NCBI GenBank assembly: GCA_051294375.1
Contig: CM119264.1
Coordinates: forward strand, 23,302,787-23,366,786
Direction of reading: 5' to 3'
DNA from: Paraspadella gotoi
Taxonomy: Eukaryota; Animalia; Chaetognatha
DNA: 64,000 bases
In this document: in pieces, positions 14,501 to 28,471 of the stretch
How the letters are laid out: each line of letters begins with the position of its first letter
How positions within the stretch are numbered: the first letter of the stretch is position 1
The notes under the pieces: generated by a model
What the model was told of the DNA's origin: nothing
The model's input: only the letters and a program-made list of their open reading frames with translations
Databases searched by the model: none
Program-made: the position numbers and the translations under genes

Positions 14501-15039
14501 TTAGCTTCAACATTCCCTTTAACATATCTCTTATACCTTTCAAGCCCCTTGCCACTTTCCCCCTCCTCGCCTTTCCCCCCTTTGCCAGAGGGTCCTCAAG
14601 CTCATAGCGGAACAAGGAACCGCGAAAACCGTCATCATCCAAAGGGGATTTTTTTGGAAGGTAATAAGAAAAAGTATAATTGAGCGGATTCGGACTCAAT
14701 CGGTGATATGCCACGAGTTCTCCCAAATAAAGTGATAATCTTCTCTTCCAGCTACGACACCGAATTTTCAAGTGAGAAAATCCGGGGATATGATAACAGG
14801 GCGATGCAGATGGCTCAAGACGCCTCGAGACCGACGGGTACGGACCGAAATAGCGGATTTCGGATCCGACTGGGATGGTAGGTACGACCGCAGCTAGAAT
14901 AGATTATCCTTACACTACTCCCCGCGACCCTCTACCCTCTCTCCCCCCCCCCTCCGGCCAGTCCGCAGTGCGGATGGGGAAGGTGATGCAGTTAATGTGT
15001 GGACCAAGAAAACTTTTGAGAGCCAACTAAAACAACAAC

Positions 15040-15400
15040 ACAATGAAATCGACGGTACGTTCCGTGCGTCACGGCACTATCGGATAAACAAACATTATTA
15101 AAATAAAAAAGAGGTTAGAGCATTCCATTCGCTACGTGAACTCGGACACAGCTCCAAGATGGGCCGATATGCTCAAGATCAGAACAGAACGAGTTATGAA
15201 GGGAGGAACAGTACGTACAAGGAGAAACGAAGGTCAATACACCCAACAGTTTTTATACAGTGGAATGAATGCGGGATTAACGGCGAAGGTATTTTTGCTC
15301 TAAAGAACTTTTGGATGGAAGAAATTGTGCGCTTTCAGTTTCGTTTGGCACTATGTTTGTTTATTAGAACTCTGTTAAGACTCTCTCTCGACCTTTGGAA
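15040..15400 (+). mobile_element. Possible Mutator/MULE-type DDE transposase remnant
   Basis: atcgacggtacgttccgt = IDGTFR (15048-15065), followed at plausible spacing by P.F.Y-, P.VFI- and C.F-like fragments in shifting frames. Noisy sequence, not verified by search. Confidence 0.3.
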
Positions 15401-16583
15401 TCTGGGTGATGAATGAAGCTTGAGGAGTACCGTGGTGTAAAATATTCAAGAGGAAGTGATGCAATATGTCAAGATATAGGGTTAATTATTTATTTTTTTT
15501 TCGAGGTTGGTTGGAAACGGGGCAGGTGTCTAGAAGGGTAGTGGTAAAACAGGTCGTCAGTGATCGATAGATGGGTGGTTAGAAGGGCCGGTTCTGTCGG
15601 GGTGATCCCCACTCGGCTGACCACGCATTCCCACCACCGGTAGAATGACCCTTTTCCGTCAGTCGTAGTGCGTATGCAAGAGCTTTCGGAATAATAATGA
15701 CCAAATTAACTAAGGGGAGTGAAAATAGAGCAAAAAATGATAATAGAATTTATGAACTTTTGGCTGTATGAGTAAGGGGCAGACCGAATTATATCGGAGG
15801 TGAAAAGGTTTCAACTGAATCGATACCCTCATTCGGACCTGAGTAACTCTCTCTGTTTCCGCACATGACCCTGTGTTGCCTTGTGTATGCTGCCTTCGCT
15901 GTCAGCTATCTCACCTTATTTTTTCCAGATTCACCAACGAAATGTGGCGTGACGCACACAGAAACCGATCGAAATGAAGAAAGTTATGTGTATTTCGCAC
16001 ATTTGCTGTCAAACAAACCGCCGGGCGATTTCACTCTCTACATAATAAATGCGAGGGATTTTGCAGTTAGTGATGTAAAGTGTAATTAACTCTACAATAA
16101 TTAGCTAGTAATATAAATATATTAATGTATAAAATTAGAATCCCTCCGTATTTATCGTCTCAATGTTAATAATAATTTTGAGCAAATCCTTACTTCCTCT
16201 TTTATTCCATCATATTGAGTTTAAGAGATATTCTCCTTCCCATTGTCTCCGGAGATTTTATATCTCAATAAGACAAATCATTCATAGAGAAATTTAAGTG
16301 TAATAATATATTTAAAATAGATTTAATAATTTAATCGACAAGCACTTCAGAATTTAAGTATAAAAGGATGTACGCTTCCAAGAATGGCATTACGCCGCAT
16401 TTTCTCATTGGATAACAAAGTCTATAGATGGCGTAAATACATGCAATCAGAGAGTCCTTGGTTGAGTTTCAGATCCGAGTCGCCTAGATCCGCGCGCGCA
16501 ACGTCCGCGATTACCGATTTAATTCCGTTGTCCGTTTCTTGATTTCGGCAGAGGTTCCGAAATCTGCTCTTTCAACCTCTTCT

Positions 16584-16642
<59 letters not shown>

Positions 16643-19600
16643 CTCTCCCTTCTCCTCACATCTCCTCTCTCTCTCTCCCCCCTTTGCTCCCCACCTCCGC
16701 TCATAGTTCACGGGCGCCATTGATCCAACCTGGCGGAGGACGGAACGACGTGCCCCCAGCGCCTCAAAAGCGGACACTTCGGCCATCTTTCCAACTGCAC
16801 TTTCCTTTCGAACCCAAAAGCATCGGACAAGCATATTCTCGGATCATCGTGGCTGCGGCACTACTGCCACACACTAGAGGGTCAGGGCGTCTAAGGGGAA
16901 ACGAAAGGAAGAGAAAGAGAAGGATGAAAGAGAGAACGAGAAGAGGAAAGAGAGAAAAGAACGAAAGGAGCGAGAGCGATGATGAGAAACGAAACGGGGG
17001 GAGAAGAACAAAAAAAGTAAGACAGAAGAGAAGGAGAATGGAAGTGAGGGAGAAGACGGTAAAACAAGAAGTGGAGATGGTTATTGCAAGGGGTCTTATT
17101 GTATTGAATAGAAATAAAAACCTTGAAAAAAATTATCACATCATGTATTCATTCGCTGAATTTTTATAGATTTTTCAAAATTTAAATTAATAAAACAAAA
17201 GAATTAAAAAGTTGTGATTTAATAAACCCTTTTTAGAAGCTCTGGTCAGAATCTATTAACAAGAAAATTAAAAATTCTTAACATTATATAATAATAAAAT
17301 AATCTACGCAATAAAATGCTTCCGTACGGGGGGACTTAGATGCAATAACTAAATTTTAGAAAAGTATATGTTTTCACTTTTCACTATTCTTTAACAGATC
17401 ATTTAACCATTATTTATAGAACAGAACTTTTCAGTTTCAAACCTGTCCGACACTATGTTGGTAATGTGATGCTCGGGGAAAAAAGAATTTATATTATAGA
17501 TCTTTCATATGTTTACATAGATTTTCTTCGTTTTCATACAAAGGATTTTTTCACTTCATCCATAAAAACAAAGGTTATTTCATTCCAGATCAACGATTTT
17601 CGTGCCGCGGAAGGATCAAATCTTCATAATTCGTTCGCAAACATTTTTTTATATTTTTCTGTTACATTTTGTGTGATTGAGGATAAACTAGGAAGTCTTG
17701 TGATTTTGTGTTTTGAATGGTAGAAATTAAACAAAAACGGAAGCATTTCGTAAAATAGAAAAAAAATCGTGAGATAGGGAGAAGGAGGAGTGAGGAAGAC
17801 GGAGTCCAAGAAACGAGACTGGCCGCGAGAGAGACTCGGATACTAGATAGAGGCTTAGGAGAGAGAGAGAGAGGAGAGGAGGAGAGCTTATTGATGATCT
17901 GATGATCGAGTATGGGAGAGCGAGAGGAGAGAGTAAGTAGGTGGTTTAACTATATCCGCCATCTTCTCACGAAAACATGAACATACTTCTTATTAAATTA
18001 CTTATTTTTCAAACTAGCACATTATTGAGTGTGTGAAACCATTTCGAGAATGGTATACCCAATATGCATTTGAATTATCAATAATCTGTTGTAGTTAAGA
18101 TACACATTTAATCCTTTAAATTAACCCACGAGGCTTCACGGACGAGGAGAAAAGTGTGAGCTCTTCACTTAGGTGTTTTTCGACCGCACGGTTCCTCGTA
18201 TCCCTCGCATCCTTTGTAACGTCTCTGGCAGAATGACAAAGGAAAAGTATTTGATACTCTATCTGCTCTCATGCCAATGTTCATAACGAAGTCTTTAATA
18301 GTTACTAGAAATAGGATTATCCTTATAGCGGTGTATGGTGGAATGTTGCTCCTGTGTTCTTTTTCTCAATACTACATCATTCATACTTGATCCCAAATCT
18401 CATATCTCATTCTATGCAATCCTCATCTCTTCTTCATTTTATGCTATTTCTTCTTATATATTTTTTCATCTTTTTCTCTTTCTTTACGTATTTTCTTTTT
18501 CTTTTACGTGTTTTCCATTCTTTGTTTTATTTCTTTTTCTATTTTTTTTTCTTTTTCTTTTCTTTGCATTTTTCAAGATTTTCTATTTCTTTCAATTTTA
18601 TTTGTTCTTAATTTCTTATTCTTTCTTTCTTTCTGGTTACTCTATTTCCTTTCTTTTATCTTCTTTTATATTTTTTTTTTTTTACTCTACATAGAATATA
18701 ACTTTTACAAAAATGAGTACTCCCAACGAATCTACTATTATAAGGTCTTACAAAAAAAAAGTTCTGTTTTTCACTCTACTTAACTATGAGTAACCTTATA
18801 TTTATCCTCAACGCCTCACTATCATCGTTAATTCATAACTATCACACAAATATTCTATTTCCTTGCGGCGTAACATGTTTTGAGTAAACATTTTAAGTAG
18901 ATCAGTTTATTCTCGGAACAGTGTGGTTGCTGTGTGTGTTCATACGCGATGTTTGCGCCACAGGATATAATCAACACCCGGGGGCGGTGAGTCGCATCAA
19001 GAGAGTCGAACTAATTTTTCTATCGATCGGCACTTCCTTGGAAAACGGTAACGAGTTGTCCTCTTAAAATGGTTCCAATACCAGACTTGACGACGTGTTT
19101 AGTCTGATATCCACGTAGTATCGCCGTCTACCAAGTAAGCTCTCATGGTCCCTCTTTATAAACTGAGATCTCCTCTTCGCGACCTGCCACGCTCGACTCC
19201 TCGTCTATACGTCTCTCCAGTAGAAGTATCATAAAAAACCCTAACCACGTTCTGCCAATAACGTAAAAGCGCAACATCAATTTAAACTTATCCACACGAG
19301 AAAAAAAAAGTTTGCCTCTCTTAAAACAAAAAAACCGTATCAGGAAATGGAAACCTAAATTAGCAGCCTTCTCAACTCTCTAATCTTTTGTCAATCTCGA
19401 ACCCATCAGGCCGCCCCTAAAATAATAGTAATAATATAGTGTGGTAATACACAGAACGTAGGCTGCTGGACATAAAAGGACGACTCGCTAAGTACTGGCG
19501 GTTTAGCAGGGATTAGGGACACCGCTCGCTCTTAAGGGCCACCCGCGCAAAAAGCTCACATGGAACATGTCTATAAAAAATAACTCTCGGATACCTGGCT

Positions 19601-19799
19601 ACACGACTGACAATATAGAGAATTTAATAAGCTCATTCTTTTGAAGTGAAATTATATTTTTACTGCCATTTGGAAATTTATAAGATAGTCCCAATACGTA
19701 TTTTGATAATGTGTTGGTTTTTAAAATCCCCCTAATCGGTTCCTTCGCACTAATTGTTTACTCTCAATCGTAAAGGCCAGCAATTACGAGTATGAGCTT

Positions 19800-20620
19800 G
19801 GCTTTCAGGATGGGCGGCCCGCCGCGGTCTTCTCTTCTAACTAATTTAGTGGGGAGTGGCCCGCCATTTCTCTACACGCACTGATTGGCGGCAAATGGTG
19901 TATGCCATCGATGGAATCACTGTCTTATTCTGATTCCATGTCCGTCGTGCGTTGTTATTTTACATTTCTCGGCTGGGAAGAAAAGGAGCTCACGCATGGG
20001 CATAGGCGTGATATTTCACAGGGTGAGGCGCGGGTTGTAGTTTGGGTTTTTTTTAATTTGGTTTATTTTTATTCGTTATATTGGTTGTTTAGTTTTTGTG
20101 TTGTTCTTTTCTGTTTATGATTTGTTTTGAGTTTGTTTGTTTTTAATTATTTTTTTAAAATCAACTCTTATCTCCCAAATAGTCCTCGTCTTTTGCACTG
20201 CAATACGACGCGCCTCCTTCTTTCCCCGCTGCACTCGTCTCTGTGTCCGTCCCTCTTCACGCCTCTTCGGTACGACTCTTCCTGCCGGCGAAGCGGGCGG
20301 GGTCCGTCGGCGCCGTTTCTGCAGCGGTCGGTGCGCGAAACTACGGATGCATTCGTTAGACTTTCGTTGAGCGACTTTGAGTAAAGTCCTGGGTTTGAAG
20401 CGGCGTCGTCCGGGCGGAGGGATTGGCGCTGCTTCGCCGCTCCGTCTCGCAACCGCCCGCCGCCTGTGTGTGATCGAGTGACCTGGAAATGTCGAGTTTC
20501 TAAAGGGCCCGTTTTGTCCCTCGAATTCGAGGTTCGTCGATTTGCCGGCCGCCTGGGAATTCGTTTCAGTTTTTTTCGGGATTCGATTCGATCGTCCGCG
20601 CTGAATTTCTTTCTCCTCTC
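19800..20620 (+). promoter_or_regulatory. CpG-rich promoter/5'UTR-like region upstream of the PDZ-like exon
   Basis: GC box GGGCGG at 19812, reverse CCAAT (ctgattggc) at 19881, and dense CpG 20200-20620 against AT-rich flanks. Confidence 0.3.
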
Positions 20621-20621
20621 T

Positions 20622-20842
20622 ATGTCGGACTATGAATAAGGACGAACGTGGACTGCTGCATGTGGCCCGGCCCGGCGACCATGGCAGGCGCTTCTGATTG
20701 GTGCCGGTTCAGGAATCCGCACATCTCGGCGTCCCGACCGTCCGGTGTGTGCCTTGCTGCCGGCGCGGCGAGGAAGCTCTCGAAATACATGGAAGAGGTG
20801 TCACGGGGTCAGGTGTCGGCTGGCCAACGATGGATCTTAATG
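20622..20842 (+). CDS. Possible PDZ-domain exon (error-ridden) of an unrelated gene
   Basis: Fragments in shifting frames, LHVARPGDHG / HISA / LAAG / GEEALEIHGRGVTG, resemble the PDZ pattern GD.ILEING..V. GC-rich, preceded by a CpG-rich region and followed by gtaata and AT-rich sequence. Confidence 0.4.
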
Positions 20843-22224
20843 GTAATAAAAGTTTACCATTTCTGGGTTTTTTAAACCAGATTATATTTAAATATGTTAT
20901 GGCACTTATTAACAAAGATTACTTGTTAATATTAATATTCTTATTTGGATTTCCTATTACCTTCGCAAATTTGCTGGTTTTTTGAGCGACACGTTGCTTC
21001 CTATAGGACTCGTCAGAGAGCGCACGAACAAAGATTCCTCATAGACGACAAAGTGTAAGCTAGTCTCTTTTTCCCCACGAGAACACCCTTTCGCACAAAT
21101 TAACTGGCTCCTCATTATCTGCATATTGTATACTCCGGTCCGGCATCGGACTCAAAATCGCCTTGCGAGTCGTGTTTGTGGGTGGATAACCTTCTATTTT
21201 GGCCTTTGGTACTCTTCTTTTGCTTACCACTGCCCGTGGTGGCTTCCTACTCGTTCCCTTTTTAGCATATCTCACACTCCTCTCCTCCTCTTCCTTGTGT
21301 CACCCTTTCTTCATACTGGCTCTTCCATGTAATTTGATACTACTCCTGTATGCTCCCCTACATTACCTTCCTCCTTTTGCATCTTCTCCCTGATACCTCT
21401 TCTCTTCTCCTCTGACCTGCATTTTCTATTTTATATTTCCGTGCTCAGCCAATTTATATAATATTAGCTTATATCTTCCCTTTTGCTTCCTTATAATTCC
21501 GGGTTTATATCCGGCTGGCTTATAAGATAGTGTGTTATATGTTCGGTGTAGTTAACTGTATGATTTTAATTCTCTAGTTTATCAAAGATTTTTTTATTCA
21601 TTTCTGAAAAATAATATGAATTCTACTAAATCTTGTCTTCGGTCTTACAATTTTGTATTGGGGACATATAAATTTTCATATCTTCATCTCTCGTCATTTT
21701 CTCTCATACTATAGTCTTATCTGTAACAGTGGATAAATTCCCTACTCAACCTCTCACGGAGGGTTGTAATTCAAGGTTATACCATATTGCCAGCGCATGT
21801 TCCTGGTTTATTGTGGAACAGCAATGGTCGTTCTCAAAAATGTTGCTATGAACTACTTCCTCACGGGGAACACTTAAACAAAATGTTTTGAACTTAAATA
21901 AATAAAAATACGAACTTCCCTGAATAATATATAATAGGTGGGAAGCATTGTAGGCATATATTCAGTTATTCCTCTCAAATACAATACTTTGAGCTAATAA
22001 CACTTAATACAAAATTTAAACACTCTATAAATCAACTCTAGATCACTATATCATACTTTATAATTCACTTGATAACTTTATTCTCGGAATTTTAATTTAC
22101 TCTGAGCGATTACGTTAAACGGAGCAACCTATCATAATGTACAAAATCATTAGGTCAGTATAATGATATACGACATAACCTTATTCTTTACCATTTATTT
22201 ATACTCTATTTTTATCCTTGACAG

Positions 22225-22729
22225 AAAGGGCGGCGCCGTGACTAAGATTATTGCAGTAGATCTTACCGCTTCATCGAGCGTATAAAAAAAGACCTTTTGC
22301 GATTCGTCGATCCAAGTTTTTAGTTCCAACTATATTTATAAGTTGTTGACTACTTTTCCTCGGGAAAATTCTTTATTAGGTGGCAGAATGAATATACGCG
22401 GCGGGATGGTGCTTCGTCCCAGTCATATCAACGGCTTCAGATATAGGGACAATAAGCAAATTGCGTCTCGCGCGGTTCGATCGCGACTTAGGCAAATTCT
22501 GTGAGCAGGCTCGCTGGCTGCCCATCGAGTTCGAGATTGTTCTCTGTCCGTGCTCTTGGCTCTGCGGACGGCAATATGTTCGGTCAGAGGCGCACTCAAG
22601 ACGGCCTTTCGTCCTTCGAAAAAGCTGTGCCAGAGGCGGGCGGTGCCGGGCCATGCGACGGCAGAACGGTCTTCTGTACAATTCTAGACACGTCGGGAAC
22701 GGGACAAGGTCTCATCGGCACGGGACAAG
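22225..22729 (+). CDS. Possible further exon(s) of the same PDZ-like gene (error-ridden)
   Basis: Acceptor-like ccttgacag| at 22224 and donor-like caag|gtagga at 22730. Fragments KGGAVTKIIAVD and GMVL..HING resemble a second PDZ core. Confidence 0.28.
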
Positions 22730-25700
22730 GTAGGAAAACAGGAAATCGAAAAACAATTTACACTGGTGAACGCACAAAATAACATCAAAGTTAGCCCGGT
22801 TAATGTTTCACATGAAAAAGGCATCCTAGATCGTCGAAGACAGCAGTTTCGCGGCGACTAAGGCGACACATAACGACTCGAACAGGGCAGAGGGCGCGGC
22901 GTCGGCTGCCATGCTACAACTTGCACTCGCACAAAGCGCCGCACCGTTTTGGGCGGTAGTGGAACGTCGGCCGGCGGAGCACGTCAGCGTATGGTGGTTT
23001 CCGCAGAGCGCCGGAGGGAAAGTGGCCAAGCCATCACCACGGACTGTGGCGCGCTCCCGTGACGCAGGCGGCTGCCGGCGGAGTATATGAGAAATAAGTT
23101 TGAATAGTGGGGTCCAAGTGCCGGATGCCAAAGACTCTTCCGTTCCCAATCTCGAGCCGCGACGGCGGCACGAGTCATTCTAATTTTCATAGCATACATG
23201 TCGGACGCTCATAGAGGTCGGAGCGAATCTTTTGTTCTGGACGCGTAACTTGTGGGCCGCGATGACGGGCGAACATGTAGCTACCGGACGGGAGCGTAAG
23301 GCATAACTCTCTCAATTCTCCGCCATTCGTTCTCGGCGTCCCGTCCGGATTGCTATCCGCCCTTGCACGTTCCGGACTGCGGTCAATTCTTCTCGGCAGA
23401 TCCTCGGCCGATTAATCATACTACGGGCGTCGATGCGAGCAAGTAGTCGTAATTGTTTATTGGATATGTCTCCCTCTCTCTTCTCTCTCTCCCTCTCTCC
23501 TCCTCTCACTCGCCCAAAGATTCGCCCGCCAAAATCTCTCTCTCTTTCTTCTCTCTCTTTCCGTTTATCTCTTTATATCTTCCAGATTGCTCCTCTTTCT
23601 TTCTTTTCTTTATCTTATTCTACGCCGAGCGCGACGCACGAGGATTGCTCTTTTTTCTTCGATTCGAATCTTCGTCGATTCTCTCGATTTCGTGCTCTTT
23701 TGTCTCCGCGTCGTGTTGGGTTCCATGCTTGTGGATAATTTCAATTCTGTGGATTTAATTATTGCGAAGCGTTGTTGATGATTGGTCTCTGTCGGCCTAT
23801 CTATATTATGATATAATAGCTATAGGTTTTTCAAAACTTTTAGTATCACTTATAAATTTTTCTTTTATTCATTAGTTAAAAATTAAAAGCCACTTTTGAG
23901 ATGTCAGCCCGACATCTTCTTAAAAACAACGTAACTCACGATAAAAAGAATATATTTTCTAGATTAGAGATTCTTTGGATTTAACTGTTGACCTGCCTAC
24001 TATTACCTGAAATTGTATTAACTACCACAAGATGGCAATCAAGTTACATTTTTAAAAACGCCCACAACAACTTATCACTTTATATTTCTACTTCGAGTTA
24101 TTTGTGCGTTTATCCTGCGAATATTTCTTGCTTCGATAATATTAGACTCTACGGCGCTACCGTTTTCTCTCCGGCACTCAGTCATCAGCCACTTACGCTT
24201 TCCCGCAAGTTATTCTACAAATACATCCATTCTCGTCTGTTAATTAACTAATCTGATTCCAGCGGCCATCTAATCGCTCCTCTCAATTCTTCGCAAAGTA
24301 CACTCGCCTCCAGCCTCTCTCCTCTATCTGCATGCTTCTTATCATTTTCTTTCTGACGTCCGACCGTAAACATGTGAGGCGAATAAACTTGCTTGAACGG
24401 TCTCAGCACCAGCCTTCCTCGTCCTCTAGTAACTCGCTCCTACTGCCATCTTTTTTTCTTGCATGCTTCCTGGCGATCTCTGCTCGGGTGGCATCTCTCT
24501 CAAAGGCTCTTCTCTTTCTCTCTCTCTCCTTTCATCTGGCTTCTCGTCTCTGCTCTCTCTCTTCGGTGCTCTCTACATCTCATTCTCCTCTCTCTCTCTT
24601 CTCTCTCTTGTCCGCGCCGAGGCAAAAACGTAAATGCATCTCTCNNNNNNNNNNNNNNNNNNNNNNNNNCTAGAGGGCAGGGAAGGGCGTGGTAAAGCGG
24701 ACGAGGAATGTAATTCGGGTAGAGAGAGAGCGGGAGGGCGAGCGGAAGGGGTTAGTGGGGAAAGAAGAAACAGGGAGAGGATGTCGGGACTTGCGGAAAT
24801 TGTAAGGGTGATGGGGACTGAGTGAGAAAAGTGCGCGTGTCAAAAGACGAAAGAAAATTTCCAGGGATAAAAACGCCAAATACTCGAAGAAAAAGTAAGT
24901 TGTTCGTTAAAAAAAACTTTTGCCCTATATAATATTATAATTATAATAAAATTGATCCTACTTGTCTTTCATGCCATTTTTCGACGTCCAACTGTGCTAC
25001 TTCGGCTGACCCACTTCAAACTTATTTCTCGTAAATACAGCGTGAGCTCTTTTTGACGCGTTCGCTCCACTTACGGTTTCTCGTTTGTCATCCGCTCTTT
25101 CATTTATGCGTTTAGACGTTCATTAGATGTTTTCATGTAATTAACCAACTTGATTTATTTTTCGTTTCATTATTTTTTTCTCCTGTCATAATTTTCATCA
25201 ATGACAATCACCTTTCCTGTCCGACATATTCCGCAAAAGAGGAAGAAAAATCTCAAAACTGTGGACAACATGAATTTGCTAATTGACAGAAGATTTTTTT
25301 TTTTAGGTAATGAAAACATCCCTGCACTTTCCTAATAAACGAACGTTCCAACTTTTTTGCAAAAATTTCCAATCTTCCGATTTCTCTCTCTCGGCCTTTT
25401 TCAGAAAAATAAGGTTATCTAGTACTTAGTTCGCGTCAAATAATTAATAAATATAAATTAATTAGGCGAAATTCGCTTTAAATTCGCTCGAATGGCGGAA
25501 AAAACATTTTTAACATCGAAACATTTTTTTCCGTAGTTTTTAATATTTAAAAATTAAAGTTTTGATGGATAGCTTCAAATTTTTTTTTTTAGGAAATCTT
25601 GTAAAAGAAATTTTTCATATACTTATAAGTCAAATTTTTGTAGCGATCCGTCAGAAATAGGCGTCGGATATTGTCGGATATTCATCCGTTGCACATTGGT

Positions 25701-25765
25701 TCTAGACGTGCACGATTACAAACCATAGTCACCAACTACAGCTCCAGCGTTTCATCCGGACTCAC

Positions 25766-26013
25766 CGAGTATCTTGGAGATGTTGGAGTTGTGCATGTCC
25801 GGACACGCCTTGAGGATCTTGCGCCTCTCGTCCTTCGCCCACACCATGAACGCGTTCATCGGCCTCTTGATGTGCGGCTTCTTGTCCGCGCCGGGCGTCG
25901 GGTCGGCGGCGGCGCCCACCGACGTAGCCGCCCCGCGCGGCCGCCATCGCCGCCGGAATTGGTATGGACCGATCCCTTCCGGCGCGGATAATTTTGGCGC
26001 CGAACATTTTTTC
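25766..26013 (-). CDS. SoxD: SoxD HMG-box exon (first half), copy with clean HMG frame
   Basis: Reads ...[47 protein letters not shown]|gtgagt, diagnostic of group D Sox (Sox102F-like). There is a frameshift between MFGAKIIR and the HMG box, and the acceptor is corrupted (acatg rather than acag). Confidence 0.93.
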
Positions 26014-27547
26014 CATGTTTTTTTTTGAGGGGCGCGGGAAGTGGGGTTGTTTTGGGGGTGGGGTGTTGAGGTAGGTTAGGGAGAGGGAAGGGGTGGTAGG
26101 GAAAGAAGATCGGTCAGTTTTAAAACTGTAGGATGTAAAAACTAAATATTGTTTGATTAAAAACTACCCTCGGCAAACAGTCGTATCTATACACATGATT
26201 TTAGACTAAAAAAAGTGTGGAAGTTTTAGTAAGAATTTTTAGTAATAAAATAATAAAGTGGTTCACATTCTTTTCTTACTAAAAATTCAAACCTTTACTA
26301 AAGCATATTGTCATTGCAATTGTTTATTTACATAGTAGATATTTCTATTAAAAGAAATACTTTAAACGTTACTCTAGACAAATCTCTTAATTCCTGCATA
26401 TTAAGGCGTAGTAAAATTTCTAAATTTAATTCTTTAATTAAAATTGCTAAAAGTGAGGATGACGAAAATCCCTCAAACTATCCTAATATTCATGCACATT
26501 TATGTAAATATCTCAACAAAGAATTTATACATAAATTTTAACAATTTACGCAGTAGGCCAATATTGATCTACTAGTACTAAACAATAAATTTTAAAATTT
26601 CAAAACAGTTTTTTTAAAGATTTTTTTTGCAGTATTTGGATTCGTCATAAAAAGTTGATAAAAAGAAATATAGACTCTTTTTTGAAAGAAATTTCGGCTT
26701 CATTAAGTGGGTCAAAAAATTAAAAAAAGGCTATTATTTTAAGCTGAAAATATAACTTTTTATATATTATAATGATAGTTTTTTTCAATTTTTAAGCCCA
26801 CTTATGAAATATTTTTTTAAAATTGATTTATATTTTCTTTATCAACTTTATGACGAAGTTTTCAAATCTGCAATTCAAAATAAGAAAAGCCTACTATTTG
26901 AAAATTTTTTGATTTTATAAGGATAGTACTATAAAATATAGAATATAGCCTAAGCTGCGAAAATTAAAAAACATAAAATTAATTTTTTTTACTTAGAATT
27001 AATTGACTTTTAGAATTTTCGTATGTAACTTTCACTNNNNNNNNNNNNNNNNNNNNNNNNNAATTTTTAAAATTTCTTGCGAAACGTCGTAGCGGTGAAA
27101 TACTCAGGATTCCCAAAGCGATTGTCTCAAGAAAAGAAATTATTTTCCTCTCTCTCTCACTCTCTCTCTCTACTCTCTCTTCTCTCTCTCTCCTCTCTCT
27201 CTGCTCTCTCTCTTCTCTCTCTCTCTTCTCAACACACACTTGACTTCTGCAACACTGCAATTTAAATACTCGGTTTTTTGTTCAACTTTTTCTTTCCTTT
27301 AGAAATCTCTTTCTTTTCTCCCCTCCTTTCTTATCTCCGGGCTTTATTCTCTCTGTCTCTGATCTCTTTCTTCCTCTCTGTCTCTAAATTCTCCCCTCCT
27401 CCTTCTCTTAACGCTCACCCCTCTCTCTCTCAGCGACAATCTTCTCTCTCTCTGTGTTATCCATTCTTTTATTTTTCAATTTCTCCGTCCTTTATTTTCC
27501 TCCTACTCATCTCCATTCTCTCTCTCTCACTCTCTCTCTCTCTCTGT

Positions 27548-27590
<43 letters not shown>

Positions 27591-28410
27591 CCCTTCTTAT
27601 TTTTCCTCGATTTGTTCCTCTTCTTTTCAATTTTCAAGAGAATTCTTTCGCCATCGTCGGCCGTGGCAATCGCTCCGGATTGCGGAGGGGAAACAATTAA
27701 CGCTTCTCTGGGGTAGAGAAGATTAAAATCTTCGACAAAGGGAAGGAAGGGGAAGGGGGAAGAGGGAGAGAAGTGCGGAGTAGGAAAGGTTCAGCTCGGG
27801 AAAAAAGGGGAAATTAGAAAAGAGGTGCGCACGTAAAATTAGGAAATCTAGCAGTTGATTTTCTTACCAAAAATAAAGACAATGCATATTGTCACAAGGA
27901 TATTAGATTTAGAATAGATTTTGCATGAAGGCATGAATTGTTGTTTACTAAGTTAAAGAATTAAGGCAGACGATGAATATCGACTGAAACCAATTAAAAC
28001 CTCAAGCATGCGGAAATTTGAAATTAATTAATTTTATCTTCTATGAATTTACGATGACCGTTTTAAGGTAAGCGGAGAGCAGTCATGCCAGTCACAAAGT
28101 TCTTATTTTTTATATATTCACATTTTTAGCTTTTTTTCTTTTTTTCCCTTTTTTTTCTTAGGCGCAGATATTTCTTTTCTTTCTCTTCTTTTTCCCCATT
28201 CTGTTTTCTTTCTCGCCTGTTTTTTGATCTTTGCTTTCTATTTTGTCTTATGTTTTTTTTTCCTTGTTTTTTTCTTTTCTTGTTCCCTTTATTTGACCAT
28301 CAGGATTCTAAAGAGGCGCTTCTCTCCCGCTTGTCTCACATCCCTTCTTTCCTTCTCCCTAAGGATCAAAACAATTTCCATTTTCTGATAATTCCTTTCT
28401 CCTCTTCTCT

Positions 28411-28471
<61 letters not shown>

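Noticed and set aside
25762-26016. [14 protein letters not shown]... as a stand-alone small gene or a SoxD pseudogene
   Set aside because: It is an internal SoxD exon read across an indel. The duplicate at 31466 shows a splice acceptor where this copy shows the first ATG.
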